This document shows, piece by piece, positions 8,958-17,475 of a stretch of DNA of 37,865 nucleotides. The DNA lies in assembly GCA_017549405.1 (NCBI GenBank), contig JAFYUY010000136.1, positions 1 to 37,865 on the forward strand. Reading direction: 5' to 3'. Each line of letters begins with the position of its first letter. The stretch's first letter is position 1. This DNA is from Clostridia bacterium. GTDB lineage: Bacteria > Bacillota > Clostridia > Oscillospirales > CAG-382. Position numbers and translations under genes: made by a program. Below the pieces are notes generated by a model. It saw only the letters and a program-made list of their open reading frames with translations. It searched no databases and was not told the DNA's origin.

Positions 8958-10070
8958 TCAGTTATAGTATTTATCTACGATACTGCACATTTTAGCATAA
9001 TTTGCCATCATATCCTCGCACAGACGTATCTGGCATCTTGCACGTTCAAGGTTGTGGTTTTCGCGGTGGATACGGAAATAGATATCTCCGTTAAGGTAGT
9101 CAAGAAGGAATCTTATGGCAACCTCATAGGTCATGGTCATGGCAGCCAGAGCAAGACTGTCCTTTTCCGAAACGGTGAGGAAAGGCTTTGCTGCTGTAAC
9201 GTAACCACGGGTAAACTGCTCATAGTATTCGAAATTAAGTCCGACCTTTTCAAGGTCTGTTTCGTCTTCCGCAGAGTAATTTGCACCAAAACGGATGGCA
9301 TCACCAAAGTCGTATGATGCAAGTCCCGGCATCACAGTATCAAGATCCACAACACAAAGGGGTCTTCCGTCGTTTTTATCTATAAGGATATTGTTTATCT
9401 TTGTATCGTTGTGGGTAACGCGATAAGGAAGTATTCCGCATTCGTGAAGCTCAACAAGACGTGAAAAATCGTTTTTGTGTTTTTCAAAGAATGCGATCTC
9501 GGGCATACATGTGGAGGCTCTTCCCGCAGCATCCCGCTCGAGTCCTTCAAAGAAAGCCTCGGTGCGCTTTACGGTGTTGTGGAAATCGGGAATAGTTTCA
9601 ACAAGAGTATTGGCATCAAGTCCCGAAAGTATATCCTGGAATCTTCCGAAAGCGGAGCCGCTGTTGTAAAGCACGCGGCTGTCTGTTATGGAATCGTAAG
9701 AGCACGCGTCGATAAACTTTGAAACTCTCCAGAAACCGTCGGAAAGGCGTGCAAAGTTGTTGCCCTCACTGTTCTTTTCGAAAGTGAGTATCATGCCTGC
9801 CTCGGCACTGTCGCTTCCGAATTTTTCGTCAATGTAATCGGATACCTTCTTAAGGTTATCCATTATGATCTCGGGTTTTGTGAATACGGATTCATTTACT
9901 CTCTGGAAAATATAAGTCTGTGTTTCGGTCGGTCCCGCTGTCACAACTTTAAAAGTGTCGTTTATGTGACCGTTGCCGGTTCTTTCAGCAGAAACGATCC
10001 TGCCGGGAACATTATAAAGAGCAGCAAGCTCGTTTATGCTTTTGCTGAATTTTTCATCAGTTGCTATCAT
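8958..10070 (-). CDS. APH-fold phosphotransferase, N-acetylhexosamine 1-kinase (NahK/LnpB)-like
   Basis: GNGHINDT, ETIPDFHNT, VTHNDTKINN, DLDTVMPG, DFGDAIR and RFLLDYLNGDIYF. Confidence 0.85.
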   Translation of the reverse strand: MIATDEKFSKSINELAALYNVPGRIVSAERTGNGHINDTFKVVTAGPTETQTYIFQRVNESVFTKPEIIMDNLKKVSDYIDEKFGSDSAEAGMILTFEKNSEGNNFARLSDGFWRVSKFIDACSYDSITDSRVLYNSGSAFGRFQDILSGLDANTLVETIPDFHNTVKRTEAFFEGLERDAAGRASTCMPEIAFFEKHKNDFSRLVELHECGILPYRVTHNDTKINNILIDKNDGRPLCVVDLDTVMPGLASYDFGDAIRFGANYSAEDETDLEKVGLNFEYYEQFTRGYVTAAKPFLTVSEKDSLALAAMTMTYEVAIRFLLDYLNGDIYFRIHRENHNLERARCQIRLCEDMMANYAKMCSIVDKYYN

Positions 10071-10123
10071 GAAAAAATAATTCCTTTCATAAATTTTGAG
10101 TCAGCATAATTCTACAATTATAT

Positions 10124-10152
10124 ATTATATTACATTTATTCAAAAAAGTCAA
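10124..10152 (-). promoter_or_regulatory. Sigma-A promoter of the kinase-hydrolase-mnmA operon
   Basis: TTGACT-17bp-TATAAT on the minus strand. Confidence 0.75.
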
Positions 10153-10201
10153 TTATTTATTTTTTATCAGCCGGGCACCTTGCCGTAAAACTGATTTAAT
10201 A

Positions 10202-10230
10202 TTGACAAACGGCACATTCTTTACTATAAT
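10202..10230 (+). promoter_or_regulatory. Consensus sigma-A promoter of the CE4-like/two-component operon
   Basis: TTGACA-17bp-TATAAT, perfect consensus. Confidence 0.85.
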
Positions 10231-10300
10231 TAATATGGAATGATTTAATAAATTGCTGATTTAACGAATCATTGAGAATTCTGCGGAAAGGGGTAAAATT

Positions 10301-11518
10301 ATGAAAGCAAAGGTCTTGCGCGCGGTCTGCACGTTGCTTGCGGCATCGCTGTGCTTTCTGATGATATGCGATACGGCAGTTTTCGGAAAACCCGAGGACA
10401 ATGACGCATGGGTCTTGCAGTACGAAAATATGCAGGAGTTTGACCGACCGAAATATACCGTCCCCACCATGTTCAAAAACGATGTGCCGTTTGCCAATGA
10501 CCGAAGATTCCCCTTAGTCGTACAAAACAACATTCACTACGTTCCCGTTGAAATGTTTTCCGGACTTTCAAAAATAAAGCTTCACACCGACTATTCCTAT
10601 GCGTATTTTTATATAACCAACGACGAGGGAAAAAGATATATTTCATTTGATTCCAACAACAATCTTGCCACCACCCACCAGTATGATTCCTACAGCCTTG
10701 AAACAAAGATATTCAATCAGACCCGCTACCTGCCCGCAGCACACGTGGCAGAAGTATTGGGGATAAAAATGGAAATATACGAAAACATACAGGACGGAGT
10801 ATACGCTCTTCGTTTTTCCGACAACAAAGCAAAGCTCTCCTTTGCCGATCTTATAAAAATGTACAGTCCCATAAAAAAAGAAGATCTCGCACAGCAAAAC
10901 AAACAGGAGGAGCAGCAAACGCAGGATCCCATACCCGAGCTTCCCGAAATGGGTAACCGCAGGATATATCTTTCCGTAAATCTTTCCTATTTCGGATATG
11001 TTTCTGAAATACTTTCCGCGCTGGGCAGGGCGGGCTTTAAATGCACTTTCTATGTTTCTCCGGAAAACATTCTTTCATATCCCGACAAGGTGCGAGAAAT
11101 AATAGCATCGGGGCAGAATATAGGTTTTCTTATAGATTCGAAGGATCCCTTAAAAAGCCTTGCCGAGGCAAAAGAGAACCTGCGGCTCGTGGCAAAAAGA
11201 ACCACTCGTTTCGTGAGATTTACGGGAGGCAGCCGAGGGGTATCCCTGGACAGCGCTTCATATTCACAATTTGTGAATTCCGCAGGAATATGCGTGTGGG
11301 ATGCCAATATTGCAGTTTCCGACAGCACGGATATGTATGACGATCTGTATAATAAGCTCTATAATCTTGGCTCTCAAACGGCAAGTGTTGCCATGATTCC
11401 CGGCAAAAATACCGCCTCCGCAATAAGCTCTCTTTCGTCACTTGTGAGGTCAAAGAATCATCTTAAGGTGATGCCGTGTGACGAAACCACACATCCCGTT
11501 GCATTCCGAAGCAAATAA
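10301..11518 (+). CDS. Secreted protein with a stalk/copper-amine-oxidase-N-like domain and a degenerate NodB/CE4 polysaccharide deacetylase domain
   Basis: Signal peptide; YVPVEMF and YLPAAHVAEVLG stalk-like motifs; Q/E/P linker. CE4-like scaffold RIYLSVN...ILSAL...KCTFYV...VREIIASGQNIG...FVRFTGGS...WD. Confidence 0.7.
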   Translation: MKAKVLRAVCTLLAASLCFLMICDTAVFGKPEDNDAWVLQYENMQEFDRPKYTVPTMFKNDVPFANDRRFPLVVQNNIHYVPVEMFSGLSKIKLHTDYSYAYFYITNDEGKRYISFDSNNNLATTHQYDSYSLETKIFNQTRYLPAAHVAEVLGIKMEIYENIQDGVYALRFSDNKAKLSFADLIKMYSPIKKEDLAQQNKQEEQQTQDPIPELPEMGNRRIYLSVNLSYFGYVSEILSALGRAGFKCTFYVSPENILSYPDKVREIIASGQNIGFLIDSKDPLKSLAEAKENLRLVAKRTTRFVRFTGGSRGVSLDSASYSQFVNSAGICVWDANIAVSDSTDMYDDLYNKLYNLGSQTASVAMIPGKNTASAISSLSSLVRSKNHLKVMPCDETTHPVAFRSK

Positions 11519-11566
11519 CGATAAAGCAATAACTACTTTCACAATTTAAAACGAAAGGTGCCGTAA

Positions 11567-12289
11567 ATGAACAGTACAAACATAAAAAAGAAGATCCTTA
11601 TTGTTGAGGACGAAAAACCCATTTCCGAAATACTTGAATACACCATGATGCGCGAGGGATATGAGGCAGTATGCTCTTTCAACGGTGCACAGGCTCTGGA
11701 GCTTGCGCTTCAGGGCAATTTTGACCTTATCCTGCTCGATGTCATGCTGCCGGGGCTTGACGGTTTTGAAGTCTGCCGCAAAGTGCGCGAAAAACTGGAT
11801 ACCCCCATCATAATGCTCACCGCCCGCGAGGAGGAGGCAGACAAGGTGATGGGACTGGAGCTCGGTGCAGACGATTATATGACAAAGCCGTTCAGCCATG
11901 CGGAGCTTGTTTCACGCATAAAGGCAAATATCCGCCGTTATCACGGAGAAACAAGGGTTTCCCCGCCCTTGGGTGAGCCTGTTTCGGAAAACGTTATCGT
12001 TGTGGGAGATATCCGTATTGACACAAAAAAATACAGCGTGAGCAAAAACGGAGTGGAGATATCCCTTTCCAAAAAAGAATACGATGTGCTCGAATTCTTT
12101 GCCAAAAACCGCGGCACGGTTTTTCAGCGTGAGGAAATAATGGAAAAGGTGTGGGGATATGACGGCTTTTTCGGAGATCTGCGCACCGTGGATGTGACTC
12201 TCAGCCGTATCCGCAAAAAGATCGAAGTAAATCCCGCCGAGCCCGAATATATTCAGAACAAGCGTGGCGTAGGCTATTTTATGTCTTAA
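11567..12289 (+). CDS. OmpR/PhoB-family response regulator, WalR(YycF)-like
   Basis: ILIVEDEKPI, LLDVMLP, MLTAR, GLELGADDYMTKPF, KVWGYDGFFGDLRTVDV and RGVGY. Confidence 0.93.
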   Translation: MNSTNIKKKILIVEDEKPISEILEYTMMREGYEAVCSFNGAQALELALQGNFDLILLDVMLPGLDGFEVCRKVREKLDTPIIMLTAREEEADKVMGLELGADDYMTKPFSHAELVSRIKANIRRYHGETRVSPPLGEPVSENVIVVGDIRIDTKKYSVSKNGVEISLSKKEYDVLEFFAKNRGTVFQREEIMEKVWGYDGFFGDLRTVDVTLSRIRKKIEVNPAEPEYIQNKRGVGYFMS

Positions 12290-12307
12290 AGGTAAGGGTA
12301 GCGTACC

Positions 12308-14098
12308 ATGTTGAAAAGTCTGAGCGTAAAGCTTGTTCTTATATTCATAGTTTTTATAATCTCCGTAATGTCGGTGGTTGGCGTTTTTCTGCTTGACAGA
12401 GTCAGCGTTTTTTATGCCGACGATTTTCTTCAGCAGATGGACAGCGCTTTTTCCGACCGCTTTGTGGAACAGCTCACGCAGTGTCTTGAAAAGGAAGATT
12501 TTGCTGCAGCACAAAAGGATATTGTCGTTGCCTATTCGGGCAGCTTCAGTTTTGACAGTTACCGTCATTTTTATATTCTGGATATGAGCGGCAAGGTGCT
12601 TCAAAGTTCATCAAACAGCGAAAATATCGTTAAAACCCGCAATCTGCTTTCCGCCATGAACCGCAAGAGTGAGGAAAACACCGCAGCAGGGTCTGATTAT
12701 TTTGACTATGCCCGCTACATAACAAACGGAGAGCGGGAGTGTATCATTTATATCCACGATAACCTCACCCGAATGAAATCCCTTATATGGGTGCTGTTTT
12801 CCATAATCCTGCAGGCGCTCTTTATTGGTCTTGCCATTGCGCTGTTCCTTTGCTTTTTTCTCACCCGCGCCATTACCTCTCCCATCCAGAAGCTTACTGC
12901 GGGTGCAAAGACCATAGCATCGGGAAAATATTCATACCGCATAGAATCCCGCTCCGATGACGAAATAGGCGAGCTGACCGATAACTTCAACAAAATGGCG
13001 CAGAAGATAGAAAACGCCATGGGGCAGATATCGGGCGAGCGTGAAAAACTGCAGACCATATTCGGTCATCTTGAAGACGGTGTTGCAGCCTTTGACGAAA
13101 ACGGAAAGGTTCTCCACATAAACCCCGCAGCTTGCAAAATGCTGGGTATCCCACAGGACAGAGAACCCGATTTTGACGATTTCACCCGCATACTCGGTAT
13201 GCCCGAAATAACCTCCTCCATTTTGGGTAACACCATGACGATAAACATTTCGGAATATTGCATAAAGCAATCGGGAGGACGGGAAATAATTGCCGACGTA
13301 AGCTTTAATGTTTTTAATTACGATATCAAAAAAATAGGTTATCTTATAGTCATTCAGGACATTACAGACAGAGCGCTTCTTGAAAAAAGCCGTCGTGAGT
13401 TTATTGCCAATGTATCCCATGAGCTTCGCACCCCCCTTACGAGTATTAAGGGCGCTACCGAAATAATTCTTGACGATGCCGAAATGCCCGAACCCATGAG
13501 GAAAAGATTCCTTTCCATAGTCATGAACGAGTCCGACAGAATGACGAGAATCGTAAAGGACCTTCTCGTTCTTTCAAGGCTTGAAAACCGCAGAATGTCA
13601 TGGAAAATGTCCCGCTTCAGTCTGAGAGACACACTTTCTCAGCTTTGCGATGCTTTGCAGACCGAGGCTACAGAACACAGCCATGTGCTTGAATTTAAAA
13701 GCCTTTGCGAAAGCTCATGCCCCATTTCGGCAGACAAAGAACGTATAGAGCAGGTAATAACCAACATCGTGGGCAATGCCATAAAATACACCCCCAACGG
13801 CGGGCATATTGATGTTTCAATAAACGAGGTAGACGATATAAAGTATTCCTATAAGATCACCGTTGCGGATAACGGAATAGGAATTCCCGAAGAAAGCGTT
13901 CCGCATCTTTTTGAAAGGTTTTACCGCGTTGACAAAGCGCGCAACTCGGATGTCGGCGGAACAGGTCTCGGTCTTTCCATTGCAAAAGAAATTGTCGATG
14001 CCCACCACGGCAGCATAAAGGTGCAAAGCGGCAAAGGTCAGGGCACAAAAGTTACCATTCTTTTGCCCGTTGAAACCGCTGTGTGCGAGGAAGATTGA
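12308..14098 (+). CDS. Sensor histidine kinase (2TM-HAMP-PAS-HisKA-HATPase), WalK-like
   Basis: Two TM segments; HAMP DEIGELTDNFNKM; PAS DGVAAFDENGKVLHINPAA; H-box ANVSHELRTPL; NAIKYTP and FERFYRVDKAR...GGTGLGL. Confidence 0.93.
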   Translation: MLKSLSVKLVLIFIVFIISVMSVVGVFLLDRVSVFYADDFLQQMDSAFSDRFVEQLTQCLEKEDFAAAQKDIVVAYSGSFSFDSYRHFYILDMSGKVLQSSSNSENIVKTRNLLSAMNRKSEENTAAGSDYFDYARYITNGERECIIYIHDNLTRMKSLIWVLFSIILQALFIGLAIALFLCFFLTRAITSPIQKLTAGAKTIASGKYSYRIESRSDDEIGELTDNFNKMAQKIENAMGQISGEREKLQTIFGHLEDGVAAFDENGKVLHINPAACKMLGIPQDREPDFDDFTRILGMPEITSSILGNTMTINISEYCIKQSGGREIIADVSFNVFNYDIKKIGYLIVIQDITDRALLEKSRREFIANVSHELRTPLTSIKGATEIILDDAEMPEPMRKRFLSIVMNESDRMTRIVKDLLVLSRLENRRMSWKMSRFSLRDTLSQLCDALQTEATEHSHVLEFKSLCESSCPISADKERIEQVITNIVGNAIKYTPNGGHIDVSINEVDDIKYSYKITVADNGIGIPEESVPHLFERFYRVDKARNSDVGGTGLGLSIAKEIVDAHHGSIKVQSGKGQGTKVTILLPVETAVCEED

Positions 14099-14156
14099 GT
14101 TTTTCGTATCAAAGAATGCAAAAAGCGATTTATATTTGATTGCAACGCGCCAAAGG

Positions 14157-14186
14157 TTGACAAGGCGAAGTGATTACTGTTATAAT
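14157..14186 (+). promoter_or_regulatory. Sigma-A promoter with extended -10, upstream of the DnaC-like gene
   Basis: TTGACA-18bp-TATAAT, with TGt directly before the -10. Confidence 0.8.
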
Positions 14187-14211
14187 TAAAAATGCAAATG
14201 AGGTGAACACC

Positions 14212-15201
14212 ATTTCATATTCATACGAAGTAAGAAAAAAAGTAAGAGATGCCTTTGAGGAAAAGCGCAAGCGCGCCTTTGCACAGGCGGAGCTCCACCG
14301 CGAGGAGGTTCACATGAATGTTCCCGGTGTGAAAGAAATAGACAAAGCTCTTTCCGAAACGGGGCTTCGTGTTTATGCGGAGGCTCTTAACAAAGGCTCG
14401 ACCATCCCCCTGGAAAAGCGAATTGCCCTTTTGCAGGAGGAAAATGCCGAGCTTCAGAATGCCCGCGCACAGCTTCTTTGCGATGCGGGATATGACAAAG
14501 ATTACACCAAAGTGAAATTTGAGTGCGAAAAATGCTCCGACACGGGTTATGTTGACCTTTCTGCCTGCTCCTGCCTTCTTTCGGCTTTGCGCAGAGAATC
14601 TTATCAAAGCTCTGGGCTCGGTGCCATGCTTACCGACCAGTGCTTTGAAAATTTCGACCTTTCCATTTACCCGCCCGATGTCATGGCGCATATGACCTTT
14701 GTTACCGAGACGGTAAAGGAATTTGCAGAAAAGTTCGGCACGGAAGACTATCCGGAAAAAAATCTCATTTTCTTCGGAAGCACGGGGCTCGGAAAGACAC
14801 ATCTCTCCACCGCCCTTGCCAAAAGGCTTATAGACCGCGGATTTTACGTTGTGTATGACAGCATTCAGACTATACTTCACACTTTTGAAAAAGAAAAGTT
14901 CTCCCGCATGGGGGATGCCGTTTCCACCGACAAGTATTTTGACTGCGATTTTCTGATAATAGATGACCTTGGCTCGGAATTCTCAAACACATTTTCAACC
15001 GCAACCCTTTACGGACTTATAAATACCCGCCTCAACGCTTCAAAGGGCACGCTTATAAGCACCAACAATAAAATAGAGCAGTTGCGGAAGGATTATGACG
15101 AGCGCATCGTTTCCCGCATTGTGGGAGGTTACCGTTCACTCATGTTCATGGGAAAGGATATTCGCCTCTCCCTGCGGCAGAATCAAAAAAACAATAAATA
15201 A
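14212..15201 (+). CDS. DnaC/DnaI/IstB-family AAA+ ATPase (probable helicase loader); start uncertain, ATT 14212 proposed
   Basis: Zn motif CEKCSDTG...CSC; Walker A GSTGLGKT; Walker B IIDDLGSE; ISTN, ERIVSRI and GKDIR. SD GAGGTG lies 6 nt before ATT. Confidence 0.85.
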   Translation: MSYSYEVRKKVRDAFEEKRKRAFAQAELHREEVHMNVPGVKEIDKALSETGLRVYAEALNKGSTIPLEKRIALLQEENAELQNARAQLLCDAGYDKDYTKVKFECEKCSDTGYVDLSACSCLLSALRRESYQSSGLGAMLTDQCFENFDLSIYPPDVMAHMTFVTETVKEFAEKFGTEDYPEKNLIFFGSTGLGKTHLSTALAKRLIDRGFYVVYDSIQTILHTFEKEKFSRMGDAVSTDKYFDCDFLIIDDLGSEFSNTFSTATLYGLINTRLNASKGTLISTNNKIEQLRKDYDERIVSRIVGGYRSLMFMGKDIRLSLRQNQKNNK

Positions 15202-15216
15202 TAAGGAGATAAAACT

Positions 15217-16263
15217 ATGAAAATGTCTTTTCGCTGGTACGGCGAATCAGACCCCGTAAGTCTTGAGTACATTTCTCAGATACCTGCCATGCGCAGTGTT
15301 GTTTCGGCGGTCTACTCTGTGCCCGTCGGTGAAATATGGCCGATGGAAGAAATTCTTAAGATCAAAAAGCAGTGCGAAGATCACGGACTTATCTTCGATA
15401 TCGTCGAGAGCGTTCCCGTTCACGAGGATATAAAGCTGGGAAAACCCACCCGTGACAAATACATCGAAGTTTACTGCGAAAACATCCGCAATCTTTCAAA
15501 GGCGGGAGTTAAAGTTATATGCTATAACTTCATGCCGGTATTTGACTGGCTCCGTTCCGATCTTTCGCATGTGAATGCAGACGGCTCCACCTCACTTGTT
15601 TACCGTGATGAGACCGTACTCGGCATGGACCCCAGAAAGGGCGATCTTTCGCTTCCCGGCTGGGATTCCAGCTACACAAAGGAAGGACTCGGTGCGCTTC
15701 TTGAAGAATATAAGAGCGTGGACGAGAAAAAGCTTTGGGAAAATATGGAATATTTCCTCAAGGGAATCATCCCCACCTGTGAGGAGTGCGACGTTAAGAT
15801 GGCCATCCATCCGGACGATCCGCCATGGGGCATCTTCGGACTTCCCAGAGTTATTACCTGCGAAGAAAATCTTGACAAATTCCTGAAGCTTGTGGATTCA
15901 CCGTACAACGGACTGACCTTCTGCACGGGCTCTCTCGGATGCGATCCCAAAAACGATATCCCCGCTATGGTGAGAAAATATTCAGCCATGGGAAGAATTC
16001 CCTTCATGCACATCCGAAACATCAAGTTTACGGGTGAGCGTGACTTTGACGAAACCGCGCATAAGACCGAATATGGCTCTCTTGATATCTACGGCATAGT
16101 AAAGGCACTTTACGAAACGGGCTTTGACGGATATATCCGCCCCGACCACGGCAGAATGATATGGGGAGAAACGGGACGTCCCGGTTACGGACTTTACGAC
16201 AGAGCTCTCGGTGCTGCATATATCAACGGTCTGTGGGAAGCCATTGAAAAGGACGCAAAGTAA
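15217..16263 (+). CDS. uxuA: Mannonate dehydratase
   Basis: [44 protein letters not shown] and [11 protein letters not shown]; SD AAGGAG. Confidence 0.97.
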   Translation: MKMSFRWYGESDPVSLEYISQIPAMRSVVSAVYSVPVGEIWPMEEILKIKKQCEDHGLIFDIVESVPVHEDIKLGKPTRDKYIEVYCENIRNLSKAGVKVICYNFMPVFDWLRSDLSHVNADGSTSLVYRDETVLGMDPRKGDLSLPGWDSSYTKEGLGALLEEYKSVDEKKLWENMEYFLKGIIPTCEECDVKMAIHPDDPPWGIFGLPRVITCEENLDKFLKLVDSPYNGLTFCTGSLGCDPKNDIPAMVRKYSAMGRIPFMHIRNIKFTGERDFDETAHKTEYGSLDIYGIVKALYETGFDGYIRPDHGRMIWGETGRPGYGLYDRALGAAYINGLWEAIEKDAK

Positions 16264-16268
16264 TTAGT

Positions 16269-16619
16269 ATGGAAAGCAAGCGCTTTACCAAAAACGACAG
16301 CGGATTTGTTTGCGCAAACTGCGGTTTTGAAGTTTTGCCGTTGGGCAAAACCAGCCGCAACCATTGTCCAAGATGTCTTTGCTCGATACATATCGATATA
16401 AATCCCGGTGACCGTGCCTCAGACTGCGGAGGGCTTCTTGTGCCGATATCCTGCGAACCAAACACGGATAAAGGCTATATAATAACCCACAAATGCAAAA
16501 AGTGCGGAGAGCTTCGCCGCAACCGTGCGGCATTAAAGCTTACCGCAAAGGATACCTTACCCAAAGAACAGTATGACGACGAAAGCTTTCTCATAAGGCT
16601 TACGGTTGCCGGATTTTGA
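16269..16619 (+). CDS. RNHCP-domain protein
   Basis: CANCG...SRNHCPRCLCSIHID..PGDRA..CGG...HKCKKCG. Confidence 0.9.
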   Translation: MESKRFTKNDSGFVCANCGFEVLPLGKTSRNHCPRCLCSIHIDINPGDRASDCGGLLVPISCEPNTDKGYIITHKCKKCGELRRNRAALKLTAKDTLPKEQYDDESFLIRLTVAGF

Positions 16620-16633
16620 TTCGAAAAAAGCAG

Positions 16634-16660
16634 AAACCCGTCGAAACCGACGGGTTTTTT
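16634..16660 (+). terminator. Intrinsic terminator of the dnaC-like/uxuA/RNHCP unit
   Basis: AAACCCGTCG-AAAC-CGACGGGTTTTTT. Confidence 0.88.
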
Positions 16661-16685
16661 GGTGTGGAGCTTTTACAACACACAC

Positions 16686-16707
16686 AGGGGCTTTCACAGC
16701 CCCTTTT
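16686..16707. terminator. Second hairpin/terminator between the convergent RNHCP and DUF1643 genes
   Basis: AGGGGCT-TTCAC-AGCCCCTTTT; reverse-complement copy of the hairpin at 6416-6435. Confidence 0.65.
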
Positions 16708-16718
16708 ATTATCATTTT

Positions 16719-17339
16719 TTATATACGCATTCCATCAAGATACCCTAAAATATCAAAGGGGTCTTTTTTTGTATCTGCACGAAGATACAGCGGGTGGTGC
16801 GGATGCCCCTTTTTGGAAATGGCTCCGCAGGTATACCAGCCTGCACCGTATTTTTTTGATATTTCGGCAAAATCCCGTATCAGTGCGGGAAGATATGCTC
16901 TTTTCTCAATAATATTTCCCCATGCTGCCCACACGCAGGGGGTGCTTTTGCATTGTGAAAGGATATATTCAAATGCCAGCATATTCTGTTTGTGCAGTTC
17001 TTTGTTGAAATCTTTTTCCATGTCATCGGGATTTGTGGCACGCTGGGCATACACATTAAACATTATAAAACTGTCATGTCCGTTAAAATGCGCAATGCGT
17101 TCCACGGACTTCAGCGTGTTGTCAAGAGCATCGGGCGCTGCGGTGGAAGGATTTATTCCGATGCATATGAGAGGATCTTTTCCCACGGTGCCTAAAATAT
17201 AACGGTATTCGCTGTAAAATGGCGGAACATAGAGCCATTTTCCTGTATCATAGTCTTCCTGCGGCAAAAGGGCAGCACTCAGCGCATCCTCAAAGCTCAT
17301 CAGTTTGATTTCCGTGGTTTTTGAAGAGGGAATATGCAT
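16719..17339 (-). CDS. DUF1643 domain protein
   Basis: YRYILG...IGINPSTA...DNT...MFNVY..RATNP...WAAWG...HPHHPLY pattern; SD AAGGAG. Confidence 0.85.
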   Translation of the reverse strand: MHIPSSKTTEIKLMSFEDALSAALLPQEDYDTGKWLYVPPFYSEYRYILGTVGKDPLICIGINPSTAAPDALDNTLKSVERIAHFNGHDSFIMFNVYAQRATNPDDMEKDFNKELHKQNMLAFEYILSQCKSTPCVWAAWGNIIEKRAYLPALIRDFAEISKKYGAGWYTCGAISKKGHPHHPLYLRADTKKDPFDILGYLDGMRI

Positions 17340-17390
17340 AAAGGTATTCTCCTTTTATGTAAAAATGCGGCATTTTTTGTCGATATAATA

Positions 17391-17419
17391 ATTATACAGC
17401 GCGAGCCGAAAGATGTCAA
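17391..17419 (-). promoter_or_regulatory. Consensus sigma-A promoter of the DUF1643 gene
   Basis: TTGACA-17bp-TATAAT on the minus strand. Confidence 0.8.
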
Positions 17420-17439
17420 GCAGTATGGTGCGGCAAAAC

Positions 17440-17467
17440 AAAAAGAGCAGGGTGTTATTCCTGCTCT
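17440..17467 (-). terminator. Intrinsic terminator of the GntR-ABC operon
   Basis: AGAGCAGG-8nt-CCTGCTCT followed by a T-tract on the minus strand. Confidence 0.8.
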
Positions 17468-17475
17468 GAATCTTT

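Noticed and set aside
7547-10070. Beta-lactamase plus aminoglycoside phosphotransferase resistance pair
   Set aside because: The hydrolase lacks a signal peptide and the kinase motifs fit the NahK-like clade; fold similarity alone is not evidence of resistance
10100-10300. WalR box (TGTWAH-N5-TGTWAH) in the divergent promoter region
   Set aside because: Only a single half-site-like TGTAAT was seen, with no correctly spaced pair
14212-15201. IstB-like ATPase as evidence of an IS21 element or prophage
   Set aside because: No istA, terminal repeats or phage genes; the N-terminal helical and Zn region and housekeeping promoter fit a chromosomal loader
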